A DNA stretch of 124,000 nt from Hyalangium minutum (GTDB taxonomy: Bacteria; Myxococcota; Myxococcia; Myxococcales; Myxococcaceae), in the NCBI RefSeq assembly GCF_000737315.1, contig NZ_JMCB01000002.1, forward strand, positions 20,001 through 144,000, read 5' to 3'. Position numbers and translations under genes: made by a program. Below, piece by piece: positions 28,947 through 38,005 of this stretch. The notes below the pieces were generated by a model, which did not search any database, had not been told where the DNA came from, and saw only the letters and a program-made list of their open reading frames with translations. Position 1 is the stretch's first letter, and the number at the start of each line of letters is the position of its first letter.

Positions 28947-30935
28947 ATGCCCGCAGCCCTGCCGATTCGTCGTGTTGTCCTCTACAAGCACGGGGTGGGT
29001 TACTTCGAGCGCAAGGGCCAGGTGAACGGCTCCGAGGCCCTGCACCTGGACTTCAAGGCGCGCGAGATGAACGACGTGCTGAAGTCGATGACGGTGCTGG
29101 ACCTTTCGGGTGGCACGGTATCGGCGGTGAGCTACGACTCGACGAAGCCGCTGGAGCAGCTGCTGAAGGAGGCCACCATCCGCATCCCCGAGACCGGCAG
29201 CCTGACGGCGCTGCTGGGGCAAATCAAAGGCGCACGGGTGCGGGCGCGCATCGGCGGCAAGGAGGGGGTGGAGGGCATCATCGTCGGGATGGAGTCGCTG
29301 CCGGTGGTGGAGGGCAAGGCGTCCGTGGTGCGGCCGTTCCTATCGCTGCTGGTGGACGGAGCGCTGCGCACGTTCGACGTGCTGGAGCTGGGGGCGCTGG
29401 AGTTCCTGGATGACGCTGTGCGCAAGGACCTGGAGTTCTACCTGGCGACGGTGCTGTCTTCGTACAAGAAGGACAGCAAGCGGATGTCCATCCTCACGGC
29501 GGGGGAGGGCCAGCGGGAGCTCTTCGTGAGCTACGTGGTGGAGGCGCCGGTATGGAAGACGAGCTACCGGATTCTCCTGGAGGAGAACGAGAAGCCGCTG
29601 CTGCAGGGCTGGGCGCTGGTGGACAACACGGGGGACGAGGACTGGGTGGACGTGGAGCTGGCGCTGATCGCCGGGCTGCCTGTGTCCTTCGTGCATGACT
29701 TGTACAACCCCCGGTACATGAAGCGGCCCATCGTGGAGGTGGTGACGGAGGCGGCCGCCGCGCCCGTCATCCCCGAGGAGGCGCTGGGGGAGATGGACCG
29801 GGCCTCTTTCGGAGGGCTCCAGCAGGAAAAGGAGTACGCGACGCTCGGGGCCCCGGCGATGCAGGCGCCGGCGAGGGGTGGGCGGATGAAGGGCGGAATG
29901 GGGATGCGGGAGGCGGCGGAGCGCAGCGTGGAGGTGAAGACGCTGACGAAGGAGGTGGGGGATCTGTTCGAGTACCGGGTGGGTCATCCGGTGACGGTGC
30001 ACCGCAACCAGAGCGCGCTGGTGCCCATCCTGCAGCGGCCGTTCGAGGGGCGCCGGGTGCTGCTCTACAACCGGTCCACGCGCGAGAAGAACCCCATGGC
30101 GTGTATCGAGTTCACGAACACGACGGGGCTGACGCTGGAGGGCGGGCCGGTGACGGTGTTGGAGGCGGAAACGTACGTGGGCGAGGCGATGCTCGACACG
30201 ATGAAGCCGGACGACAAGCGCTTCGTGCCGTACGCGGTGGAGCTGAGCTGTGTCGTGACGCCGGTGGACTCGACGGAGAACGGGCCGGTGTTCCGGGTGG
30301 TGGTGGACCGGGGAGTGATGGTGGTGGAGCACTACCTGTTCCGGAAGATGACGTACACGGTGCGGAACAAGGGGAAGCGGCCGGCCACGCTCTACCTGGA
30401 GCACCCGCGCCTGGGGGGAGGGGAGCTGAAGGACACGCCCGCGCCGGCGGAGACGACGGAGGGCTTCTGGCGCTTCAAGCTGGAGCTGGCGCCGGGGGCG
30501 AGCGTGGAGCTCCCGGTGACGGAGCGCACGCGGGGGACGGAGCAGTACCACCTGAGCTCCATCCAGAGCGAGCACGTGATGCTCTTCGTGAAGAAGCGCT
30601 ACGTGGACACGAAGCTGGCGGAGGCGCTGAGGGAGATCCTCGCGCTGAAGGATCGGGTGGCGAAGCTGACGCAGGAGGAGCAGCAGCTGACGAACGAGCG
30701 GACGGAGCTCTTCAAGGACCAGGAGCGCATCCGGTCGAACATCGAGTCACTCAAGAGCGGAGCCACGCAGCGGGAGCTGGCCGAGCGCTTCGTGTCGAAG
30801 CTGAGCGAGCAGGAGAACCGGCTGGACGCTATCGGTGCCGCGCTAGAGAGACTCACCCGGGAGCGCAAGGCAGCCAACGAGGAGATCGTCCGCCGCATCC
30901 AGTCGCTGAGCTACTCAGCGGACGCGGAGGCGTAG
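28947..30935 (+). CDS. DUF4139-type protein with C-terminal coiled coil
   Basis: VVLYKHGVGYFERKG start; SYVVEAPVWKTSYR, QGWALVDNTG.EDW..V.L.LIAG.P, LEGGPVTV. Confidence 0.75.
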   Translation: MPAALPIRRVVLYKHGVGYFERKGQVNGSEALHLDFKAREMNDVLKSMTVLDLSGGTVSAVSYDSTKPLEQLLKEATIRIPETGSLTALLGQIKGARVRARIGGKEGVEGIIVGMESLPVVEGKASVVRPFLSLLVDGALRTFDVLELGALEFLDDAVRKDLEFYLATVLSSYKKDSKRMSILTAGEGQRELFVSYVVEAPVWKTSYRILLEENEKPLLQGWALVDNTGDEDWVDVELALIAGLPVSFVHDLYNPRYMKRPIVEVVTEAAAAPVIPEEALGEMDRASFGGLQQEKEYATLGAPAMQAPARGGRMKGGMGMREAAERSVEVKTLTKEVGDLFEYRVGHPVTVHRNQSALVPILQRPFEGRRVLLYNRSTREKNPMACIEFTNTTGLTLEGGPVTVLEAETYVGEAMLDTMKPDDKRFVPYAVELSCVVTPVDSTENGPVFRVVVDRGVMVVEHYLFRKMTYTVRNKGKRPATLYLEHPRLGGGELKDTPAPAETTEGFWRFKLELAPGASVELPVTERTRGTEQYHLSSIQSEHVMLFVKKRYVDTKLAEALREILALKDRVAKLTQEEQQLTNERTELFKDQERIRSNIESLKSGATQRELAERFVSKLSEQENRLDAIGAALERLTRERKAANEEIVRRIQSLSYSADAEA

Positions 30936-30999
30936 AGCCCGGGGAACCTGGCAGCCAGTTGGAGGGGCCTGCCCAGGGTGGTAGGTTCTCCCTCATCCC

Positions 31000-32532
31000 A
31001 TGACTGCGCTGATGAGCAAGGCTACCCGCGGGCTGTGGACCCTTGCCGGGTTGGTCCTCGCTGCGGGCATCGCTTCCTTTGTCTACCGGCACTCGCCTCC
31101 CGGCGTGGAGCCAGGGCTGCGGCTCGGCGGCTCCTACCTGCAGGTGGCCCTGTCGCCGCTGCTGTTCTTGAGCGCCGGGCTGGCGATTGCGCTGGGCGTG
31201 GGCGCGCGACTCGTCACGTCCTTTGCGCACAAGGCGCCTCCGCCCATGGCGAAGCGGCCTGCCTTGTCTCCGCTGGAGGTGGTGAACGAGGACGTGGCCA
31301 TTGTCGTGCGCGAGATGCTGGTGGAGCTGGGCCGGTACCTGCGCAGCATCGTCACCCAGCCCGAGCCGGACATCATCGTCTTCATGGACTCGCTGATGGA
31401 TGGGGCCATCCGCGTCGGTGCCAGTGACGTCCACATCCACCCGCTCGAGTCGGGTACGCGCATCGCCTTCCGCGTCCACGGTGTGCTGGAGGAGGTCATC
31501 ACCATCCCCCGCGAGCACCACCCGCGCCTCATCAACCGCATCAAGGTGCTGGCGAAGCTCACCCTCTACAAGCTCGACAAGCCGCAGGACGGACATTTCC
31601 CGCTCTCCACCCATGAGGGCCCCGCCGACGTCCGCGTCTCGATTCTCCCCACCAACCACGGCGAGGCCGTGGCGCTGCGCATCGCTCGCACGGGCGTGAA
31701 GCTGCCGCAGCTCACGGCGCTCGGGTTCCCGCCTGTGCTGCAGGAGCGCTACCAGCGCATCCTCGGGCTGCCCCAGGGCGTCATCTTCGTCGCGGGCGCC
31801 ACGGGCAGCGGTAAGACGACGTCGCTGTATGCCTCGCTGGGCTTCATCAAGGAGTCCCGCGGCGAGCTGACGCGCATCGCGACCATCGAGGACCCTGTCG
31901 AGTTCGACGTGCCCCTCTTCGCGCAGACGCAGGTCAACGCCGAGCAGGGCTTCACGTTCGCGCAGGGTCTGCGCTCGGTGCTGCGCCAGGACCCGAACGT
32001 CATCATGGTGGGCGAGATCCGCGATCCGGAGACGGCGCGCACGGCCATTCAGGCGGGCCTGAGCGGTCACTTGATCGTCACCACCATCCACGCGAACTCG
32101 GCCTCGGGCGTGTTCAACCGGCTCATCGAGATGGGCGCGGAGCCGTTCCTCCTGGCATCTGCCACGGTGGCCACCATCTCGCAGCGCCTGGTGCGCGCAC
32201 TGTGCCCGCACTGCCGCACGCCGTCGCCCATCAGTCCCGAAGAGGTCATCCGCTTGGACTCGGCGGGACTGGCGGGGGGCACGTTCTACAGCCCAGTGGG
32301 CTGCCAGCGCTGCGGCGGTAGCGGGTACCTGGGCCGCACGGCCATCTACGAGATGCTGGTGGTGACACCGGCCATCCGCGATGCCATCAACGCCAAGCTG
32401 CCTTCGCCTCAGCTGCAGGAGATCGCGATGAAGGAAGGGATGGTGCCGCTGCTGGCGGCGGGGGTGGAGCGGGCGCGCGCCGGGGCGACGACGCTGCGTG
32501 AGGTGTTCCGAGTCGTCGGCGGTGGAGCCTGA
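31000..32532 (+). CDS. GspE/PulE-family secretion ATPase with N-terminal TM segments
   Basis: ASDVHIHP, PQDG, GATGSGKTT, TIEDPVE, LRQDPNVIMVGEIRD, CPHC...CQRC zinc motif. Confidence 0.9.
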   Translation: MTALMSKATRGLWTLAGLVLAAGIASFVYRHSPPGVEPGLRLGGSYLQVALSPLLFLSAGLAIALGVGARLVTSFAHKAPPPMAKRPALSPLEVVNEDVAIVVREMLVELGRYLRSIVTQPEPDIIVFMDSLMDGAIRVGASDVHIHPLESGTRIAFRVHGVLEEVITIPREHHPRLINRIKVLAKLTLYKLDKPQDGHFPLSTHEGPADVRVSILPTNHGEAVALRIARTGVKLPQLTALGFPPVLQERYQRILGLPQGVIFVAGATGSGKTTSLYASLGFIKESRGELTRIATIEDPVEFDVPLFAQTQVNAEQGFTFAQGLRSVLRQDPNVIMVGEIRDPETARTAIQAGLSGHLIVTTIHANSASGVFNRLIEMGAEPFLLASATVATISQRLVRALCPHCRTPSPISPEEVIRLDSAGLAGGTFYSPVGCQRCGGSGYLGRTAIYEMLVVTPAIRDAINAKLPSPQLQEIAMKEGMVPLLAAGVERARAGATTLREVFRVVGGGA

Positions 32533-32549
32533 GGGCGGGGAGAAGTCAC

Positions 32550-33278
32550 GTGAGCAACGCCAAGGATCCCCAGCAGGACGAGATGATGGACGCGCTCATG
32601 GGCCGAGCCCAGGAGACCGAGCACGTCCAGTCGCGCTTCTCCAATCTTCAGGCTCCCGGTCAGTCCCCGAGCGGGCAGCCGGATCAGCCTGGAGCCAGGG
32701 GCTCGGGGACGCCGGTGTCGACGGGAACGGTGTCCGTGCACCAGCCGCTCCGGGACAAGGTGGGCACGTTCCTGCCCTCGACGGAGGGCGGGCTGTGGAA
32801 GGTGGCGGGGGCGCTGCGGCTGGGCGCGGCGGGGTTCGGGCTGATGACAGCGGTGCTGTTCGTGATGCCGGAACTGAAGGGGACGTTCCAGGCGCCGTCG
32901 TCGTTCTCGTCGCCGTCGTCGTCATCGCCGTCCGATTCGGGGAAGCAGCCGACGTACAAGACGATCGCGCCGACACTCGATACGCCGGCGGCGAACCCGG
33001 AGCAGGTCATCACCGAGCAGAGCGCGGCCTTCGATGGCGCGTCGGTCCTGATGATCGAGTCCGAGCAGAGTGGGGTTTCGGTGCGGGTGGACGGCAACGA
33101 CCAGGGGAACACGCCGGTGTCGCTGACGCTGGACTGCCTGCCAGGCAAGCCCATCAAGGTGGAGGTGTCGCGCAAGGGTTACGAGCGCGCGCAGCACCTG
33201 ACGTTCTGCCGCCCGGATACGATGATCAAGCTGTACGCCCGGCTGCGCAAAGTGGAGAAGGCGGGCGGAGCGAAGTAG
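32550..33278 (+). CDS. PEGA-domain membrane protein
   Basis: One TM; IESEQSGVSVRVDG..QGNTPV...KVEVSRKGY. Confidence 0.75.
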   Translation: MSNAKDPQQDEMMDALMGRAQETEHVQSRFSNLQAPGQSPSGQPDQPGARGSGTPVSTGTVSVHQPLRDKVGTFLPSTEGGLWKVAGALRLGAAGFGLMTAVLFVMPELKGTFQAPSSFSSPSSSSPSDSGKQPTYKTIAPTLDTPAANPEQVITEQSAAFDGASVLMIESEQSGVSVRVDGNDQGNTPVSLTLDCLPGKPIKVEVSRKGYERAQHLTFCRPDTMIKLYARLRKVEKAGGAK

Positions 33279-33284
33279 CGCGGC

Positions 33285-34130
33285 TCAGCGGGAGACGGGG
33301 CTGGGAGGCCAGGACACGGGCCGGTCATTGAACCGGGCGCGGAGTCCATCGAGCGCCTGGAGTCGCACGTCGCGGTTGTACTTCTGGGCGCCGCTGACGG
33401 CTCCGAAGATGGTGCCTGTGTACCAGATCATCTCGAGCGCCCCGAGGAGCACGGCAACACCCACCTGATCGCGGCGGATGGACTCATAGAGGGCGAAGGA
33501 GAACAGGCCGTTCCATCCCAAGGCCGCGAGCCCGGTTAGTGGCTCACCGATGTAGAGGTGCCCGGCGCCCGGGACGATGGAGAGCAGCCCCGCGAGCAGG
33601 GGAGACTTGCGGGGCAGGGAGGGCCAGCTCCGAGCCGCCTGGGTCAGCGGGCCTTTCTCGGGGAGAGAGGAGACAGAGGCAAAGGCGTCCAGAGCCTCTT
33701 CTCCGCGGTCTTCCGCGAGCAGCGCCCAGCCCAGCAGATAGCGAGCACGGTCGGTGTCTGCGGGTGGCTGTGCGTCGTTCCACCGGAGGAAGGAGCGGAG
33801 GGAGAGGATCGCGGCCTGGGAGCGGCCCGAGGCGTAGCGCGCCCAACCGACCTCCAGCTGCGTCCGGGCTCGCCACTCGGGAGAGAGCTCAGCCAGGGAG
33901 AGGAAGTGGGCCTCGGCCGCATCGGGTTGCTCTCCGTGCACATAGGCGCGGCCAATGGCGAGCCGGGCCTCATCCGCCAGGGGAGAGTCCGGGTACAGAT
34001 AGAGGAAGCGTTTGTACTCACCGATGGCGCGGTAGTAGTCGCCCTCGGTGTCGAGAGCGCGGGCGAAGCCCAGCTGCTGCTCCGCGTCGGGCGCTCCTGC
34101 GAGTACGAGGGCCAGAAGGGTCAAGAGCAC
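33285..34130 (-). CDS. TPR protein with C-terminal TM2-like membrane domain
   Basis: Signal peptide; YYRAIGEYKRFLYLYP TPR; KSPLLAGLLSIVPGAGHLYIG (TM2-like); AGGAG RBS. Confidence 0.75.
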   Translation of the reverse strand: MLLTLLALVLAGAPDAEQQLGFARALDTEGDYYRAIGEYKRFLYLYPDSPLADEARLAIGRAYVHGEQPDAAEAHFLSLAELSPEWRARTQLEVGWARYASGRSQAAILSLRSFLRWNDAQPPADTDRARYLLGWALLAEDRGEEALDAFASVSSLPEKGPLTQAARSWPSLPRKSPLLAGLLSIVPGAGHLYIGEPLTGLAALGWNGLFSFALYESIRRDQVGVAVLLGALEMIWYTGTIFGAVSGAQKYNRDVRLQALDGLRARFNDRPVSWPPSPVSR

Positions 34131-34140
34131 GAATGCTCCT

Positions 34141-34833
34141 CTAACAATTGCTCGTGGGGGGTACCGGCTGAGGATAGAGGAGCTGCATCGGATCCCAGAC
34201 GTATTTGTCGATGGGGATCCAGGTGAAGTGGCTGAGGGCGTGCTTCTCAGTGAAGCGCATGAAGCGCTCGGAGACCATGAGAACTCCCCACATGCCTCGG
34301 GGACGGAACACGTCCTCCCCGTTCCAGGTTCCTGGCTCCAAGGCGAGTCCGTCGATGGCCCCAGGACCGATGGCGCGGCACCAGGTGCACCGCATGGGCT
34401 TGTGGATCAGGATGTGGCTACGGCTCATGTCCAGCGCGGGCTGGCCGTAGGTGGGCAGCACATAGAGATACCGAGGCGGTGGTCCGGGCTTGGGGCCACG
34501 GCGTTTCCGGCGGACCCGCAGAATCTCCACCGGCTGGAAGCCACTGAGCCCCGTCAGGCCCTCGGCCTTGAAGTCTTCAGCAAAGCGCTCGGTTACCAGC
34601 AGTCCACCGCTGGGCTCCTGCATGAGGTCTCCGAAGTCCTTGCCGTAGAGCTCCAACTCACCTTGGAACGGAGGCTCCCAAGTCAGCATCCCCACGGTCT
34701 CTCCGCATTGAGGACAGCGCAGCGCAGGGCCGACATTCGCCTTGCTCGGGCTGAACTCCGTGTCGTGCTGGCCCTCAGTGAGCTTCTTCATGACGAAGAA
34801 GCGCGGTGGGGTTGAAGAAAAGTTAGCAGCCAT
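34141..34833 (-). CDS. Putative immunity protein with two CxxC motifs (myxobacterial polymorphic-toxin immunity-like)
   Basis: RCPQCG and RCTWCR; repeated LLVTERF / LMVSERF segments typical of DUF1629/Imm11-like folds. Confidence 0.55.
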   Translation of the reverse strand: MAANFSSTPPRFFVMKKLTEGQHDTEFSPSKANVGPALRCPQCGETVGMLTWEPPFQGELELYGKDFGDLMQEPSGGLLVTERFAEDFKAEGLTGLSGFQPVEILRVRRKRRGPKPGPPPRYLYVLPTYGQPALDMSRSHILIHKPMRCTWCRAIGPGAIDGLALEPGTWNGEDVFRPRGMWGVLMVSERFMRFTEKHALSHFTWIPIDKYVWDPMQLLYPQPVPPTSNC

Positions 34834-34927
34834 CAGTGAAGATCGTGCGCATCTCTGGCCGACTACAGAATTACTGCAAGAAGATTTCGAACTCCGCAGG
34901 AGTCACTGTCTTGTGGAATCCAACAAA
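34823..34927 (-). pseudogene. Decayed 3' remnant of a gene, possibly a toxin, whose stop overlaps the immunity-like gene start
   Basis: Manual translation FVGFHKTVTPAEFEIFLQ*FCSRPEMRTIFTDGC* with one internal TAA; terminal GAT GGC TGC TAA overlaps the ATG at 34833. Confidence 0.35.
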
Positions 34928-35512
34928 CTATATGGGCGTGTTTGGTGGATTATTTAGTTCCGCTAGTCTGGATGTTTTGCGAATGCGCTCTGCTTCTTCG
35001 AAATACTTGCTGAGTTGCGTGACCTCGTCTGGGCCGAACGCCTCAGGACGGTCCATTATCCTCCGTCGAAGATCAAAGAACTCGGATTCGGCTGTTCGGT
35101 ATGCTCTGTAATTTTCTTCGGCCCGGAAAGCTTTGCTGATTCCGAGTAAGAGTCCGCTGGTTAAAGTTAAGATTGTCATGAATGCTTTCGCCCAAAGATT
35201 TGCTGGATCGTATTCTTGTACCAAGGCTGCAACTAGGATCGAGGCGCTCACGCTCCAGGTGACCGAATAAACATGAAGTCTCTCGAACAAAGCCGCTTTG
35301 CTTTTCCAAAACACTAGAGTGCCCATGAACCGATCGTAGTGCTGCTGAAGGCGCTCTCGGGAAGGCTCTTTGAAATGAACTGCTTTCTCGAAGCCGGAAC
35401 CACCGGGATGCAATTGTACGCGGCGAAAGAGGCTAATGAAGAGGTGAAGAAATGTACCAGCGGCGCATGCTGCCAGGACAGTCGTTGCGATTTGCCAGAG
35501 GTCCACCAACAT
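34928..35512 (-). CDS. DUF4231/SLATT-like two-TM domain protein (AT-rich, foreign-looking)
   Basis: Helix, two TM segments (VTWSVSASILVAAL; AFMTILTLTSGLLLGI), then EENYRAYRTAESEFFDLRR; markedly lower GC than the flanks. Confidence 0.65.
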   Translation of the reverse strand: MLVDLWQIATTVLAACAAGTFLHLFISLFRRVQLHPGGSGFEKAVHFKEPSRERLQQHYDRFMGTLVFWKSKAALFERLHVYSVTWSVSASILVAALVQEYDPANLWAKAFMTILTLTSGLLLGISKAFRAEENYRAYRTAESEFFDLRRRIMDRPEAFGPDEVTQLSKYFEEAERIRKTSRLAELNNPPNTPI

Positions 35513-35823
35513 TCAACAGCCTCTCCGAAGAAGTATTGTTAGAGAGTGTATCGAAACTGAGGATTCGAAGGGCAAGTCCACTAGGTGCGTGTCGGAGTAC
35601 CGCCAAAATTCGGCTCCTACATACGATCTGTAGCGGTGCGTGTAGATCGCACCACTCATGATGTAGTGGGTCGTCGAGGTTCTCCGACAGGCTCCTAGCG
35701 GGTCTTGTTGCATAGAAAATCACTTTGGGCTTCGTTGCGCTCAAACTTGAGGGTTCCTAATTCGTGCAAGTTGGGTGTGGATTCCATCCTGCGAATGATG
35801 GGACTACTTGCAAGTAGAGCCAC

Positions 35824-36216
35824 TCAGGGAAACCAAAACGTGCTCTCCTCGAGCGGATCCACGAAGACGATTCGCCCCGCTCGCAGCGTCACGGGGAGTT
35901 GCCGCGCCGCAGAGGACTGGGTGCCTCGCAGCAGCCGATCATAGGCCAGCCAGAGCCCCACCACGCCATGCCGGCTGACCGCCTCTCGCGCGTAGGCTGA
36001 GCAGGTGGGCCAGTGCGAGCAACGCGGACCATCGATGGGCGTCACGACGGTTCGGTAGAAGAGATAGGCCACCTGGAGGAAGTCCCCGGCGGGCGGCTCG
36101 TGCCGCACGGGAGCGGCACGAACCACTTCACGAGTGACGGGGTGGCGGGCACTCCCGAACGGCGGCGGAGAGACCGTCAGGGTCCAGGTGGTGGCTGCGG
36201 CGAGGACGAAGCGCAT
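35824..36216 (-). CDS. YidD-like membrane protein insertion efficiency factor
   Basis: YRTVVTPIDGPRCSHWPTCSAYAREAVSRHG...LAYDRLLR. Confidence 0.75.
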   Translation of the reverse strand: MRFVLAAATTWTLTVSPPPFGSARHPVTREVVRAAPVRHEPPAGDFLQVAYLFYRTVVTPIDGPRCSHWPTCSAYAREAVSRHGVVGLWLAYDRLLRGTQSSAARQLPVTLRAGRIVFVDPLEESTFWFP

Positions 36217-36221
36217 GGAAC

Positions 36222-37910
36222 TCAGGGCGCAGCGTTATAGACCGCGTCTCCACCCACCACGGTCATCCGCACCTGGGCCGTGAGCAGGTCCGATGGCTGC
36301 GCGTCCACCGGATCCACCGAGAGCGCCACGAAGTCCGCATCCATCCCCGGCTTCAGCCGCCCACGCAGGTCCTCCGCGAAGGACGCATAGGCGTTGCCCA
36401 CCGTGAAGCCCTCGAGCGCCTCTTCGCCGCTGAGGCGCTGGTCCGGGAGCCAGCCGCCCGGAGGTTGGCCCGCCGCGTCCTGCCGCGTGCGCGCCGCATA
36501 CAGCCCCGCGAGCATGTCCGGACGCTCCACCGGGAAGTCGCTGCCCAGCGCCAGAGTCGCCCCCGCCGCCTTGAGCCGCTGCCACGCATAGGCCCCGCGA
36601 ATGCGCTCGGGCCCCACGCGCGTCTCCGCCCACGGCATGTCGCTGGTGGCGTGCGTGGGCTGCACGCTCGCAATGAACCCGTTTGCCCCCAGCTTCGTGA
36701 TGTCCTCCAGCCGCATCACCTGCGCGTGCTCCACGCGGTGGCGCCCCTTGCGAACGCCCTCGGGGCCCGCCACGCGCAGCAGCGTGTCGACGACGAGGGT
36801 GTTGGCCCGGTCCCCGATCGCGTGCGTGGCCACCTGGAAGCCCCGGCCGATGAACGCCCGCACCCGAGCTTCATACTCCTCGGGGCTGAGCAGAAGCAGG
36901 CCGCTCTGGCTGGGCTCATCGCTGTACGGCTTGTGGAGCGCCGCGCCCCGGCTGCCCAATGCCCCGTCCACCATCAGCTTCACCGCCCGCATCGTCAGCC
37001 GGTTGCCCTGGAACGGCCCCATCTCCAGGAACTTCTCCCAGTCGGGCCCCATCCCCGCTGCCATCGCGTAGACGCGCAGCGGGAGGCGGTTCTCGGCGTC
37101 CCAGCGCTTGAGCAGGTTGAAGGTCCGCAGGTCCATGCCCGCGTCATGCACGCCCGTCATTCCATGGCGCGCGCACACGGACAGCGCCGCCGTGAGCTGG
37201 GCCTCGAACTGCTCGTCCGTGGGTGGAGGCATGACGGCATCGATGAGGTTCATCGCGTTGTCCACGAGGATGCCGGTGGGCTCGCCATCCGGGCCTCGGA
37301 CGATGCGCCCGCCCTGCGGATCCTTCGTGTCCCGGGTGATGTGCGCGCGCCGCAGGGCCTCTCCGTTGACCCAGAGGGCATGGCCGTCGATGCGTGACAA
37401 GGCAATGGGCGTGGTGGGCCAGCCCGCATCCAGCTCCGTTCGCGTAGGGAACGTCTTCTCCGGCCAGTCGTTCTGGTCCCACCCTTGTCCGATGAGCCAG
37501 TCTCCCTGGTACGCGGCGCGGGTTGCGGCCTTCAGGCGATCGATGACCTGCTGCCGCGAGTCTGCCCCCACCAACGCCACGGCGGAGAGCGCACGGCCCA
37601 GCCCCTCCAGGTGTCCATGGGCGTCGGTGAGACCCGGCACCACCGTCGCCGCCCCGAGATCCACCACGCGCGCGTCATGGCCCGCCGCGGCGTGCACCTC
37701 TTCGCGGGAGCCCACCGCCAGCACCTTGCCATCTCGCACGGCGAGGGCCTCGGCCAGCGGGCGCGCCGGATCGAGCGTCCGGATCCGATGGGCGACGTAC
37801 ACGGTGGTGGTGGAAGAGGGAGGAGGCTGCACCTCCGGGCCGCGCCGGGGACAGCCGGCCACGCACACCAGGAGGAGCACTGCCGCGGAGGCATATCGAA
37901 CACGTTGCAT
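36222..37910 (-). CDS. Amidohydrolase_3 (YtcJ-like) metal-dependent hydrolase, lipoprotein
   Basis: VAGC lipobox; PGLTDAHGH, DGALGSRGAAL, THAIGDRA, RVEHAQ, GSDFPV. Confidence 0.9.
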   Translation of the reverse strand: MQRVRYASAAVLLLVCVAGCPRRGPEVQPPPSSTTTVYVAHRIRTLDPARPLAEALAVRDGKVLAVGSREEVHAAAGHDARVVDLGAATVVPGLTDAHGHLEGLGRALSAVALVGADSRQQVIDRLKAATRAAYQGDWLIGQGWDQNDWPEKTFPTRTELDAGWPTTPIALSRIDGHALWVNGEALRRAHITRDTKDPQGGRIVRGPDGEPTGILVDNAMNLIDAVMPPPTDEQFEAQLTAALSVCARHGMTGVHDAGMDLRTFNLLKRWDAENRLPLRVYAMAAGMGPDWEKFLEMGPFQGNRLTMRAVKLMVDGALGSRGAALHKPYSDEPSQSGLLLLSPEEYEARVRAFIGRGFQVATHAIGDRANTLVVDTLLRVAGPEGVRKGRHRVEHAQVMRLEDITKLGANGFIASVQPTHATSDMPWAETRVGPERIRGAYAWQRLKAAGATLALGSDFPVERPDMLAGLYAARTRQDAAGQPPGGWLPDQRLSGEEALEGFTVGNAYASFAEDLRGRLKPGMDADFVALSVDPVDAQPSDLLTAQVRMTVVGGDAVYNAAP

Positions 37911-38005
37911 CGGGACACCTGCCAGGGGGCCGCCCCGGACGCCGGGGCGAGGGCGCGGCACTCTGGCGCACCCGCGCGTGGCTGGCTACGGCGTTGGTGC
38001 CCCTG

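Noticed and set aside
35513-35823. Short ORFs in the AT-rich segment (35433-35744, 35513-35713, 35705-35944)
   Set aside because: No RBS or motif support; probably non-coding or decayed sequence
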